Part shown: piece by piece, positions 1-12,100 of the stretch | Layout: each line of letters begins with the position of its first letter | Position numbering within the stretch: position 1 is the first letter of the stretch | Assembly (NCBI GenBank): GCA_020536535.1 | Contig: JAHLWZ010000423.1 | Coordinates: 62,001 to 126,000 of the forward strand | Source of the DNA: Pelomyxa schiedti | Lineage: Eukaryota; Protista; Evosea | Length of the DNA stretch: 64,000 nt | Reading direction: 5' to 3' | The notes under the pieces: model-generated | Told to the model about the DNA's origin: nothing | Seen by the model: only the letters and a program-made list of their open reading frames with translations | The model's database searches: none | Translations under genes and position numbers: made by a program

Positions 1-688
1 CTGACAGTTGCTTGCATTGGTGGCGTAGTGCCTCGACTTCGGCGTATATAGAAGGCGGTGCGGTCTGATTTGAGAGGGGCAAGGTGGGGGTGGAGTGCTG
101 GTGGTGGTGCATGTGCGATGATGGGTGCTGTTGGCTCTGCTGTGGTGTGCTTGTGGAAATTGGCCGCCCTGGCGCTGTGTGTGGGCGGCTTGCTGTGTAT
201 GTGTTGTTGGTGGTGGTGGGTTTTTGCCGTGGGGAGTCGTTAGAGTTTACATTTTGGCTTGTTCTGAAATCCACAACTGATTTAGGTGCTGTGCGGTGTA
301 CTTTGCCGTTGATTGTGGGTGCACTACCGTAAGATGAGGAAGTGTGGGAGTATGTAGAGTGCTCGGAGGTGGGGGAGGCGTCTCTAAACGCCCTGCTACT
401 AACCGCGCTTCCATTTCTGTGCGCGTCGCGCTGTGTGGTTGTGGTAATTGTGGGAGCCATTCCGCCCTCTAATGCGCCACCCTGACACCTCAAAGAGCTG
501 TTTTTCGTAGAGAGCGGAGATACAACGGCACGTCGATTCGGGGCCTTTGGGGGTGCCGCGGCAGAGTCAATGCTACTGCGGAGAAGCGACACCCCTCTAG
601 ATCTGGTAAGCTCGCTGAAGAGGGACGAGATCTCCTCCTGTCGTTCGTACAGAGACCGCAGATCGTTTTTTAGTGATTCCAGTTCCAT
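1..688 (-). CDS. Hypothetical protein, 5' part (runs off window start); short N-terminal coiled coil then Ser/Thr/His-rich region
   Basis: ATG at 688 opens a stop-free frame to base 1 (MELESLKNDLRSLYERQEEISSLFSEL...IYAEVEALRHQCKQLS). It is absent from the ORF track because no stop lies in the window. Confidence 0.75.
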   Translation of the reverse strand, partial: MELESLKNDLRSLYERQEEISSLFSELTRSRGVSLLRSSIDSAAAPPKAPNRRAVVSPLSTKNSSLRCQGGALEGGMAPTITTTTQRDAHRNGSAVSSRAFRDASPTSEHSTYSHTSSSYGSAPTINGKVHRTAPKSVVDFRTSQNVNSNDSPRQKPTTTNNTYTASRPHTAPGRPISTSTPQQSQQHPSSHMHHHQHSTPTLPLSNQTAPPSIYAEVEALRHQCKQLS

Positions 689-813
689 GCAAGTACCGCC
701 CACCGACCAACCAAGATTGTTTTTTTTTAAATTTTGTTTGTTTTTCGCTTCCAGCTTGTTGCTGTTGAAGTTCCCCGAAAAGATGGCGCGGTTCGAATTC
801 CCTTTCAGCAAGA

Positions 814-2655
814 ATGAACGATGGGCCTGGCGACTGGGGATTTCCTCAGTTGGGGACAGGATGGTATAGACAGCGTGCATAATCATGACCTCTGTGAGAG
901 TTGATCACACCTGACCCACTCAACAGTAACGAAAATTGGGGATTTCGCGAAAGGACAATTCGGCGTTCCCTTTCTAAAGCATGCCACCTGCTATCTTTGA
1001 ACAGTCGGGGAAATGCGTCTGTATCGAGATTGGCACCACTCCCCGGAAGGGCAGTACAGTTTTTAGACAAAAAGCGAGAACCTATAAATCATAACAATAA
1101 CCTTTTTTTTTCTCGCAGCTCATGTTGTCGGATGAGGTGGGCGGGTCTATGAGCTGCAATCCCGGTGTGAGTGCACAAAAGCAATGTTCGTCGTCGCCTT
1201 CTTCGCCCTCGGTTTTATCCAAGAAGTCACCCTCTCTGGCGCCTATACACTCCACGACTTCCGTTACGAACCTGCTTCCTCCACTGCCTGGTTTGAGTGG
1301 CTCGTGTGCTGCTACCACCGCTTCGCAATCAATTCTTAATGCATCGCCGACACCTACGCCGGTTGGGCCAAACAAACTCCCTCCATTGAATTTCTCTCTC
1401 TTGACCGTGTGCAATGGGAGAGGGTCACGTGAGCGACCACCTCACGCAAGAGCACAGAGGTCGCAGTCACCACCGCGGCATCACTATTACCACAGTCCTA
1501 AGGCACCCCAAACGGCACCTTCTGATTCGCGGGTACCTCTTTTCACTTTCACTTCCTACCTCATTCATTTTTTCTAGAGCATTAACCATTACTCCGCCGA
1601 TGACGTTGCAACACCAAGCGCCGACCCGTACATATGCGCCACATTATGTCCATCTGTGGTGCATCACCAGCACCATCACTCTCCCTCTCCAACACCCCAA
1701 CACTCCTTGCAAGTTCCACCTCTGATGCCGGTTCACCGCAATCCCACTTTTAATTCGGATTTGGCTCCAATTTCTCCTCCTGTCAAACCAGTCCCGCCGC
1801 CATCTCCTCCATCTCCCCGATCTCTCAAGCCTACCCTTTTATCCCTTCCGGGTACTGCCCTTTCATTCGTTTAACACTCTAACTCTCACCAAGATGAAAC
1901 GTGTGATTCAGTCCATCAACACAATTTAATACCCAGAACCCGAAGGGTATCAGAAGATAGTCCGTTAGGAGTAAGTATATTTTTATTTCTTTTGGTAATA
2001 GTAATACCAAAAGATCCAGACTAATGCAGTCCATTTGATTGAAAGTTTGACTCGGTGTTTGAATCAATACCCTTCTCACATACCGACACCTAGGCCTACT
2101 TCTAAACCTATCCTGGTCGGTTATCCTCTGAGGATAAACTTGAGCTTATTTTTTAAACTAGGGTGTTCTGCGTGAAATTATGTCACAAAAACAATTAGTA
2201 CAAGAAGAACTAATACAAAAGGGCCTCACAAAGTCCGTAATTTGTGCTCTGAAGACACAGTATTTCACTCCTTTACGACTTGCATGTAATGAGCCCACAG
2301 CTTGGAAGATGCAGAAGTTGTTTCTGCGTGCCTTGAATTGCTTGCCCTTGTCTTTGGAAAAGTGGGAATGAATGCACTGAGAACTAGCAATGGAAGTGAC
2401 TTTACAGTCACTGTATTCAACAACGTTGTAACCGCCCTCGGTATGCACTTTGGCAACGTCCCCGTTATGATTCAAGCAGTAAAAGTACTGGAATTTCTCC
2501 AAGCTCCAAGGGCAGAGATGCAACAATGTGTTCAATCTCTTGGTGCACTGGAGCAAATAAAAACTGGGTGCTTGAGACAAGCCCGGGACTATCAAGCACT
2601 GTGTGAGGGCTTGGATGTAGTACTGACCAGGTGCACATCACCAACAAGCCTGTAA
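814..2655 (+). CDS. Multi-exon protein: Pro/Ser-rich N-terminus, ARM/HEAT-like helical C-terminus
   Basis: GT-AG splicing joins ORFs 901, 1122, 1656, 2180 and 2302. The last exon EDAEVVSACLELLALVF...VVTALGMHFGNVPVMIQAVKVLEFL is ARM-like. Start codon approximate. Confidence 0.6.
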
Positions 2656-2788
2656 ACTATTTCAAAAAAGTCACTCACCATTAAGTTGGTGATGGTGACT
2701 GTGAAAAAATACTGTAGGAACACTAGTTACAATTCTTACTCTCAACAATCTAAAGAAACAAAAAAATAATATTTAACCAAAAACAGTG

Positions 2789-5700
2789 TTACATTGCTGA
2801 CTGAAGGTCAACTTGCTTGGATAGATGAATGTAGACATGTGCAGAGAAAGTAGTGAGGAAAGTCATCAAGAAAAAGTCATCATCGTGCTGATGAAGAGTG
2901 ATTCCAACAGCAGTAAGAATTCTTTGTGCTAGTTGGAAGTATCTGCAGTGTGGGTGGTTATTTTTGATTGCACCATGTACGAATTTATTTGGTTGTATTT
3001 TGGAGTACGTTGGTTCTTTGAGGAGAGAGAGGCATCTTATGTTGGGTCCTTTGTATGGTACTCTCAGAGGTGGTCTTGCTAGTTTTTCTACACGAGATTG
3101 AGTGCTGTTGAATGAATCCGGCAGAGTAAGAATTTACCTCCAACAACCAAGATTTCAAATGGCACAGTGCCGCAAAGCAGAAGTAACTCACTCAGCCAAT
3201 GTGTCACAGGTGACTGCTTGTGCTCACTTTGGAATGCCATATTTTCTGTTCTCATTGTCTCCAATAGCTTTCTTTCAACAACTAATGGAAAAGTTATAGC
3301 CCCGTCAAAAAATTGTATCTCACCTTGAAGGGGAACGACCACTCCATTTTCATCTTTTACTTCCCATTGTAGTCCCTGGTTATATTTCATTGCCTGCTCG
3401 AGCTGAATAACCCTAGTATGCTTGTTATTGGTATTTGGGTGTGCATGGTTGGGAGAACCTGAATTTAGATTCTTCAGCGAGTAAATCCCTATCAGCGAAC
3501 TCATTTACAAAAGCCAGCTTGGCTGGAAGATCTGGTACATTTGCCTTTATGAGTACATATGTAAGGATGGATACCATGTCATCGCAGCCTCTGCACTTAT
3601 TGTTTGTGTTGAAGGTGAAGGTGGGTGAGGGTCTACAAATCTATCTGTGCAGGCGACTTCGGCTGTGTTCTTCGGTAATACTGATTTATATCATCAAGTA
3701 TTGCTGTGGCAATTCCTTTGATACACTCAAGTATTCTTTGTACAGAGGAGCAGTGAGTGAGTTCATTCATTTGCTTTATTGCACAGTGGTAAGGCAAAGA
3801 ATTGCACTCTATGTTTGGTCACAACACAGTTGTAAATAAACGGAGAAAAACCATTGAGCTCTGGTTGTACTACTGTTTCCTCTGGTCCTGGAAGAGAAAG
3901 GAGTGGAGAGGAAGAGATAGGTGATGACTGGTGTTTGATTGAGGGAGTCCACTGCTTGATCTTAGTTGTATCCACAACTTGTGTGGGAGCTTGGGGATTT
4001 AGTAGTGGCAATGGCGGGGAGGTAGAAGGTGGTGTCAACTCTCCAAATGGAAGTGGGGAAACATTGATGGGAACTGAAATGGGTGACGTAGGTTGTGCTG
4101 GTGTAATGGGACAATGAGTCTGAGGTGGCGATGGTACTGGAGGTGGGGGTGGAGGACAGCTAGGGAGTGGTGGTATTGACTTAACAGCAAGGATTGTAAC
4201 TGGAGAGTTATGCTCCAGTTCAGCGCTGTCACGAAGCTCTGGGGTTGCAGGGGTTGGTGATGGTGTAAGACATGGCGGCCAGGGGGGAGGTGGTGGTTGA
4301 AAATCTATCAAGGTGTCAGGGGGTGGCAAAGGGGTACTGGAGCCAGATTTGGTGGGAAGGGGTTGAAAATCTATGGCAGTCATGATTGTGTCTGCACTTC
4401 CTACACTTGTCTTTGCTGTACCCGCCTCTTCCTTGTACAGGTTACAATTTCCTTCTTTCTGATGGAGGTTTACCCATAACCACAGTTTTTTGTTCACTCC
4501 CAGCTCTTTTAGTGTTTTGAGTCTCAGGGAATTCAAATTGATCGATAACGACTGGCTAACTGACTTAAACTGTAGTAATAAGGAATCTTAAATTAGGAAT
4601 TCCACGATTCACCAACTTACTGCTGTTTTGTAAAGAGCAAAGAGGTCAGCATATACAATTCCTATGATTATTGTTTTTGCGAAGTACAACCAGTCCATCT
4701 TTCGCTGCGGTGGTTGTGCCCCATACAAACTTTCCGCAGTTCGAACCAGTTGTTCTGTGTATCATTATGATTGGAGGAATTGTGGTGTCTCACCAGCAAA
4801 TGTGTGTATGTCATCCACGGCGTCTGCTAGGAGTATTCCAGGGTCTTTATTGGGGGTACCATGGTACAGAACAGTGAAAATGTGATTAAAATGTGAAACA
4901 CATCTTCCCAGTTCACTGGTGGCATCACTGCAGGACCTTAACAGAAAAGCGCAAGAGAAAAAAGATTACTTTAGCAGGATACAAAATATTCTACTGGTAA
5001 TTTTTGTTTCCGAGAACCGCGCATTCATACTTTCCTGAAGCTTGGCTGGCTAAGAAATTCAAGTATTAGTAACAATATTATAAAGTATCTCACCTTCAAG
5101 CAATCTTCAGATGGGCTATTCAGTGAGGCATGCTGCCGATCCTCTGCAGTGATTGGCATCAAAAATCTCCATTTTGGTGCCCGTTTAGGCTCCCCCTCGT
5201 TTAAGTGTTGGTCGATATCAAATGTCCCCATATCTTGAGCAGATCTACTCTTCAAGTGACTGAAGTAGGTCAGATAATGTGGGAATATTTTGCAGTGCGA
5301 ATACCTCATAGGGACATTACATTTTACAAACGTTCCATTCGTTATCCCACTGCCATCAAAAGTTCCATTGATGTAATCTCCATTCGGAAAGTGCATAACT
5401 GTTACAGTTAGAAAAATGGAAAGAGAGAGGGGGAGGAAGATCTACCCCCAGGCCCTTTTTGCTTTCCATGTGTGAAGTATCCAACAAATGTGACTCCATC
5501 TTGATGTATCTGAACTCCAAAACCAGATTTCTAGAAGGGTTATTAATAAACGACATTGATGAGGATAAAACCTCATCATCTTTCCAGTGTCCGTAGTACC
5601 GGCCTTCCGTGTTTGATGACTCAACACCAAATCCATGTCTCTAATTTGCTGTTATTTTTTTTTTTCTTTTGCATTTTGTGTTGCCTTGTCATTTATCCAC

Positions 5701-7967
5701 CGCCCCGCAAATGAAATGGCATTCTTTCCTTGTCGAATATGAACCTCTCCCTAAGCTTACATTGTGAGATATAGACTATGGTTGCTTAAATGTAATGGAT
5801 ACCATTCCTTGCTTTACAAGCTTTCCATTGACTTCTATTGCACTGCCCACAAATTTGCCACCTTCCACAGGTTCGATATGGGAATTAGGTTTGTGGGGGT
5901 TAAAGCACCAAGCTGCGAGGTTATTCTCGCTGTCACATGACCACATCAAAGGCATTGTAAGGCCGAGCCCAAAGAATTTAACGGTTGCACGCATGTGGTA
6001 CTCTGTCATGCCGTGGTAGGTCTTGTTTACAAATGCTTATTGAGTTGTACAGAAAAGAAGAGGGATAAAACTTCAGCGTGCCATAGGCAGACAAGACCAT
6101 CGTCATAGGAACTCCACACACAAGGGGGGTTTCGCAATGTACTGCCATCCCCAAATGCAGTAACATGGGTGTTCTTCCTTGGGGGCTCTATTTTCCATAC
6201 AAGATCACATGACTGTTTTTCATGAAACTCCGAGTAGAGGCATTCACACATACACGAATGTCCCAGACGGAAATGAAACCACATGAATCTCCCGTCCAAA
6301 CATGACCAGTGGCGATGAATTTTAGAGCTGTTATCGTAGCTTCGTTTGATTCATCAATCGATATGTGCTTGATATCTTCTTCAGCAATCTGTTTGGATGC
6401 TGTAAGGAAAAAAGCGTCAATAGGGCGCAAACTGGGAGAGTTCCATCAGTTGAAATACTTCGAGACCTTTGTTATCCATCAAAAGGAGATGTTTACTATG
6501 TCACTACATACTGAGAGCCGCGATGCCAGCTTGTTTTGGGGTTTGAGTTCCCTCCACTGTGAATTTCCACAAGTTGCTCACACTTTTTGAGTTAGCATTA
6601 AAGAATATATAAGGAAGTGTAAAAATGCCTACAATTTGCTTTGGTACAGTGACAATAGTGATATTGGAACCAGAAGTTAGCCATATCGATCTATGGGAAA
6701 CCAAAGCAGCATGAGCAATAGGTCCTCCAAGTGTAGACACGCCAAAGGTGCCATAGGCGTTCCCCTTTCATGCGTATCAGTGTTAAAGAATGAATTATTC
6801 CTTTTCATACTGCAGCATCCCACAGCATCACATCAGATGAGAAGTACCCCCACACAAGGGCGTCTTTTGCAACAATTCCAATCAAACTCTGTGTTGGAAG
6901 CTGTGGTAGAATTTTGACACACTTGACAAGGCCTTGCGTCTTGAGTTTGTTATTCGGAGTATGGCTCGTATCTCCTACCTCTGCATCCCAAATTTTGATG
7001 GTGCCATCAGTTGCTGCACTCCATACCATGATGTCCACAGGAGATGAGTCAGTGGCACTCTTAACTACTACCATTGATGAAATAGAGGACGTATGAGCAG
7101 CAAACTCGGCCCGAGCTTTGGACACCTGCATCAATTTAGCGCGATTCACAGGAGATATCGACCTTATCCTGAACAAAGCGCCAAATCCAGATATTACCCT
7201 TGTCATCAGCAAGCCAAATCATATCTTGTACTGTGACCACAGCTGTTACCTACAACAAATCAGTACCGAGGGAGGGAAAAGTAGGAGAAAAAACATTATT
7301 TGAGCAAGCTCTGAAATCAGCACACAAAGATAGCTCTGACTGCACCATGTTTGCCACAATAGAAGCCGGACTAGAACTGTTGATCTGGACGCACGGCGGA
7401 ATCGTCGCAGAATTTGTGAGCGCAAGAAGTGCCGGCGAACCAGTCGAGGAAATCCTCTTGTGTGCCATGCTCCTCAGTCCTGAGGATTGAGGTTGAGATT
7501 GTGATTGTGATTGAGACTGAGATTGAGATTGAACAGCAGATGCAGTTGTCTGGGACGGGGACGGAGGAGTGACCGGGGACGACGAGGAGGATTGGAGTGA
7601 AGGGGCAGAAGCCGAGATTGAGAGTGGCTGATTGGAGGGTCCACCAGATTTACTCAGCATTCCAGACGACCGGTGATGGCCTCTCGGTGTAGAGGACAGT
7701 AGTGCTGCCTCATTGGGCACCCAGTCAGTGGCTGCCAACAACATCCCATAAGTTTGTTTGGAGATAGCCACGTTATACTTATTAGTCCCATAACACAACA
7801 AGCAAGTGAAGAGAAGAGAGAGGGTGGCTGCACTAACCTTCAGACGGGGGCGACGACTGCAGGGTGGACTTTGTTGGGCACGAGGAAGGGGTCTGCCAAG
7901 GCGAAGGTGGAGGTGCAGCGGGAGGAGGGGGCATCATCGTGGAGGAAAACGCCGGCGCAGATGTCAT
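2789..7967 (-). CDS. WD40 + MORN + VPS9 domain protein (alsin-like Rab5 GEF), multi-exon
   Basis: WD40 ends VWSAATDGTIKIWD, VWTGDSCGFISVWD, VWSSYDDGLVCLW. MORN-like HFPNGDYINGTFDG. VPS9 core GCDDMVSILTYVLIKANVPDLPAKLAFVNEF (about 3480-3590), with alsin-like LFALYK and ELGVNKKLW upstream. Confidence 0.8.
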
Positions 7968-8098
7968 TCGGTGCTGGGGTGGGGATCAAGGGCGAACACA
8001 ACAGCCCCTGTGTGTTTCACTTTTTCTTGTGACTTTTTCGCTCGATCTGCAGCGCAGCGGCGCTTCGAACGAGATCTGCAATCAAATTTAATTAAGAA
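7968..8098. promoter_or_regulatory. Putative bidirectional promoter (131 nt) between the VPS9 gene and ZNF511
   Basis: Head-to-head ATGs at 7967(-) and 8099(+); CpG-rich spacer. Confidence 0.5.
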
Positions 8099-9056
8099 AT
8101 GATATCGGCGTATCGGCCGCAGAAGCGGAGGAGGGCGCTGGAGGACGTGTTCTTCGAGGAGGGCAATTTGGCGTACCACTGTTGGTCTAAGCAGATCGCA
8201 TTGGACTCCCTGCAAAACGACGATTTCTGCGCCGTCACTCCCACCGCTACCGCCGAAGCGCAGATCTCAGCCGACACCAACGACGGGAGATTCGTGTGCG
8301 GCATCGCCGGCTGCCGAGCACTGTGCGACGGCGTCGCCGCGTTCGACGCGCACTACAACGCCGCGCATCGCCACGTTTGCAGTGTTTGCAGGGCGAGGTT
8401 GCCGACGGCGAGGATGGTTGAACTGCACGTTTTGGAGCGTCACGATGCAATGTTTAAGACAATGGCTCTGGAGAAACCAATGGTTTGTTTCCGTGGCAGT
8501 AAATGGGGGAAGCTCTATGATTAGACTCACCTAATGGGTTTCAAACAAATATCCTGGTACTTGGGTGAAGTATGAGTGCCTTGTTGAAGGCTGCCCAAAG
8601 AAGTTCAAGCAAGACTTCCAGAGAAGAATGCACCTTGCTGACTTCCATCAATTCCCTAAAAACTTCACTTTTGGTCCTCTAAACTGCTCTTTCCACGGTC
8701 GCAAGAGGCAAGTTTCCCTCCTTTTCCCTCAATTCTTATTACCCCAGCTCAATGTTAACAGAGGCGATACTGCCAAAACCAAACCAGCTCCAAGCAGCAC
8801 CACAAACACCCCCAGTAAAACAAAAACACATCCGCACACCAAACGGCTCCCCAAGCCACCCCGCTGCGCTCCCGTCAATGTACCCCCGGACCCTCCCCAG
8901 AACATACAGCACTCTGCCACAAACCTACTTGCTGATGAGCTCGCCACAAAGCTCACCATCAACCACAGATACAACTACTCCTACAATGTATCTGACACTT
9001 TTCAGCTCCACCCACGCAAAAAAGGCTCACGCTCAACAGGTTTCTCTCACCCATAA
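8099..9056 (+). CDS. ZNF511: Zinc finger protein 511-like (C2H2)
   Basis: FFEEGN motif; CGIAGC...HYNAAHRHVCSVC...LHVLERHDAMF; spliced (intron 8483-8570) to YECLVEGCPKKF...RRMHLADFHQFPKNFTF. Confidence 0.85.
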
Positions 9057-9156
9057 TCAAGGCATCAGGCAGACCAATCGCCTTTGTGATTGGGCTTCAG
9101 TAATTAGTAACCGAATGAGATGTCCTGTTCTTACGTACAAGTTGTGGTTTTTTATT

Positions 9157-12100
9157 TTACAGTAAGGTGTTTCCTGTGTGCGGGTGAGTTGGTGCCGTTT
9201 CGGGGGCCGAACCGGCACCAGACACCAACCTGGACCAGCTAAAAGCACGCGACTCCAAACCGGTAATATCAGTCAGTACCTGTGGCACTTATACCCACAG
9301 GATCTTTGGTTACCAACCTCTCTTGTTGTAGTATGGTGCAAGCAATCACAACGCCAACCTGACCTAAAGACAAGAAAACAGTAAGGAGGCTGTGTTGGCA
9401 ATTTGGGAATTTTTATACATCAAAAAACAGTAAAAGCAGAGAGGAAGAAGTTGCTCTCAGGGAAAAGCCGAGAGACAAGTAGAACCATGAGTTGTGAGTG
9501 CTGTGCAAGAGAGAACGTATCAAATGCTTGTGATGTGGCAGCAGCTACGGACTGGGCTAAAGTTGTACCCAGTGAGTTACACACTGTTTTGCTGGACAGA
9601 AGTGACATGAACGCCTGGCGTTCCGAGATGGCCTTGTGTACTGGTTAGAAGAGAAGCCAATTTATGGGGTAAAAGTTCGGGAAGGTACATCACTACTGGG
9701 TGACGGGGGCGTGGCTGGGTCAACCCTAAGCCGTTGTCCGCCGCTAATCTGCAGGTTTATGAATAGTTTCACGGCCCTTAGCGCCACTTTGGTTGCAACA
9801 GGCAATTCCTGAAATAGGGTTGGACAACCAAAGGATGAAAAACTTGAAGAAAGACCTGCTTTCCTTCGGTACCACTTGCTTTTAAAATAATGGTAGACAG
9901 AAAGCTTCTATCTTCTGTAACTTTCCCTAACTTCTGAACTATGGAAGCTATTGGGCCTCTCTGTTAAGAGATTGGTGAGAAAGAACCAGATAGAGATATC
10001 ATTAAGTACCACAGCAGACTCCATTGATAGTTTGTTGTTCGCCAACGACACACAGATAGACTCGAGGAATAAGAATATAATCAACAATAACTTGTGCGCA
10101 GATTCCGGCTTCGCATTCGGAATAAGAGAGTCTAGCCACTGAGTACTTTGGTGAATCATATTACTATCTCCCTCCATGAGTTTTTTCCGCCTATGTGAGT
10201 GTATCATTAGACGTTTAACCCCTAAAATAATTATTTCTACCCTGTGAGATACAGAGTAAAAATATATCCACTAGCCACACAAAAGTTGATAAAAGGAACT
10301 TCTTCAAGTTGAGGAGCCTGAAAAACTGGAATGAGTTGTTCCCACTGAGAGAGTGCCCGAAAATATAATTCACAACAAAGTTCTGTGTTGTGTGCAATGA
10401 TGTGGGTGCTCGCAAGGCTGAAGAATGTTAATTACCGCAAAAGAAAGAAAATGGTGTCTACCATTGGCATCCTGCAGAGAGAATATGGCATGCGTTTACA
10501 GGTTTGGCAAGCATAAGTTTTTCCAGGTGAGAGTTCAGGTTACTAATATTCATGGCATTCTCATTGTTGTATATGACAATAAGGTCCTGGGAAAATTTAG
10601 AGACAAGCAGAATGGAAATTTCGACCTTATAGAATGATACTAGGTAGCTATCTCTGGAGAGAGGAGAAATACTAACGGCATTCAGTAACAAAGGAATGCA
10701 ATTGGGAGGAATCCGGTGAGCAATCGCACTCTGATATAAGCTCGCCAGGAACCGAGTGTAGTGGCAAACGCCATCCAACGTGGCACTACCCTAATGTGCT
10801 TTAGCCTTTTAAAGTGAAGATAACATGGAAGTAGTGGAGTATTTCTCACCAAAGAGAAGCAAGACTTGTTTGTTTCTAACCCAAAGCCTCTTGCTGCTAG
10901 AATTACAATAATTTCCCATCGCTCGAGAATATAAGGAGTGGTGTTCTGTTGGGTTACGGCATCGGGTGATTGAGCTGTTGTGTAGGCCTCAACAAACAAA
11001 TCGAGCAAGTCGGAGAGAACTTTAAGGGGGAGTACTTGCCTAATTGTAGGTGAGAGGAGAAAAGTTCTCATCTCACAAACCAATTCAGATTGGAAGAGAG
11101 CAAGAAAACCAGAAAAGATTGATTCACTGGTAAAGGGTGAAGGGCTAACCCTACTAAAATCAACTGAAATAGAGTGGCAACAAATGGGACACGCAAGGCT
11201 TCTGGAGGATTATGCTTGTTAATGTAATGAGAGCCATGGCTTCAAACATACCTTCCGACAAAAATCCTCTTTCCCAGTTGACTGAAGAAATCAATGTGGT
11301 AGCAAAGGCAAACATAGATTCGTGTGCTGAGCACACGGGCATGGAAGGTTGACTTAAATCAGGCTTCCTTCCAATTGGAATAGCCGTTTGAATCATTTCT
11401 AGCATCTGGTTACAGTTATTAGGGGGCTGGAGACAGGAAGGAAAGTGACCTGGGCAACACCAACTTGACCAGGGGACCAGTGAGACCAAGGCAGGTTTGC
11501 GAATTCGGTGAACAGAAGTTTCTGTACATGTGTTGCTGAACGAGGAAGTATTCGGAAAAGCAGATACTCCCAGACTACATTCAATGTCTATTTGTGGTGA
11601 CTAAATGGTTGCTGGTACAAATGAAACAACCATTGGGTACACAGAAAATTGGCTCATCACTTCAACATAAGTTTGTGCCACAACAGAGGCCAAAGGTGCA
11701 TGGGCAGGTTCCCAAGGCTGGTGATCAGTTGGCAAAAACCATGGTTCAAAGGTGTGATTCAAGGCTATCATTAATGTTAAGATACAGGCAATCAATCACG
11801 AGAGAAACCTGCTAGTGCAGCTTGTAGATAAATATCTGGTTGCTTATTGCTCATGGTTTTTATAAAGGAACAAAAGAATGGAACGTACACTGACCACGTA
11901 ACAAACAAAGTGTATTTCTGGGATCCTTTTAGTTTCAAGTCATTTTCAACAGTCTTACATAGGATTCACGGCATTTAGTCAAGAAATTGTAAATCATGTC
12001 AAGACTTGAAATTCGGTCTTGCCATGGAAGGTCTTTCCCTTGCAGGATACCAATAAAAGTAGACCAAACTACTTCAGGTAACTTCTGAGTGATACTGGCA

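Noticed and set aside
785-805. GGTTCGAATTCC, tRNA T-loop/B-box-like
   Set aside because: The T-stem does not pair and no cloverleaf can be built; it lies in a short divergent spacer.
3860-4440. Poly-proline tract suggesting a formin FH1-FH2
   Set aside because: The flanking exons encode VPS9 motifs, not FH2.
4938-4982. Intron starting GTATCCTG on the minus strand, resembling a U12-type donor
   Set aside because: It mismatches GTATCCTT and has no TCCTTAAC branch site; donors here are so variable that this is expected by chance.
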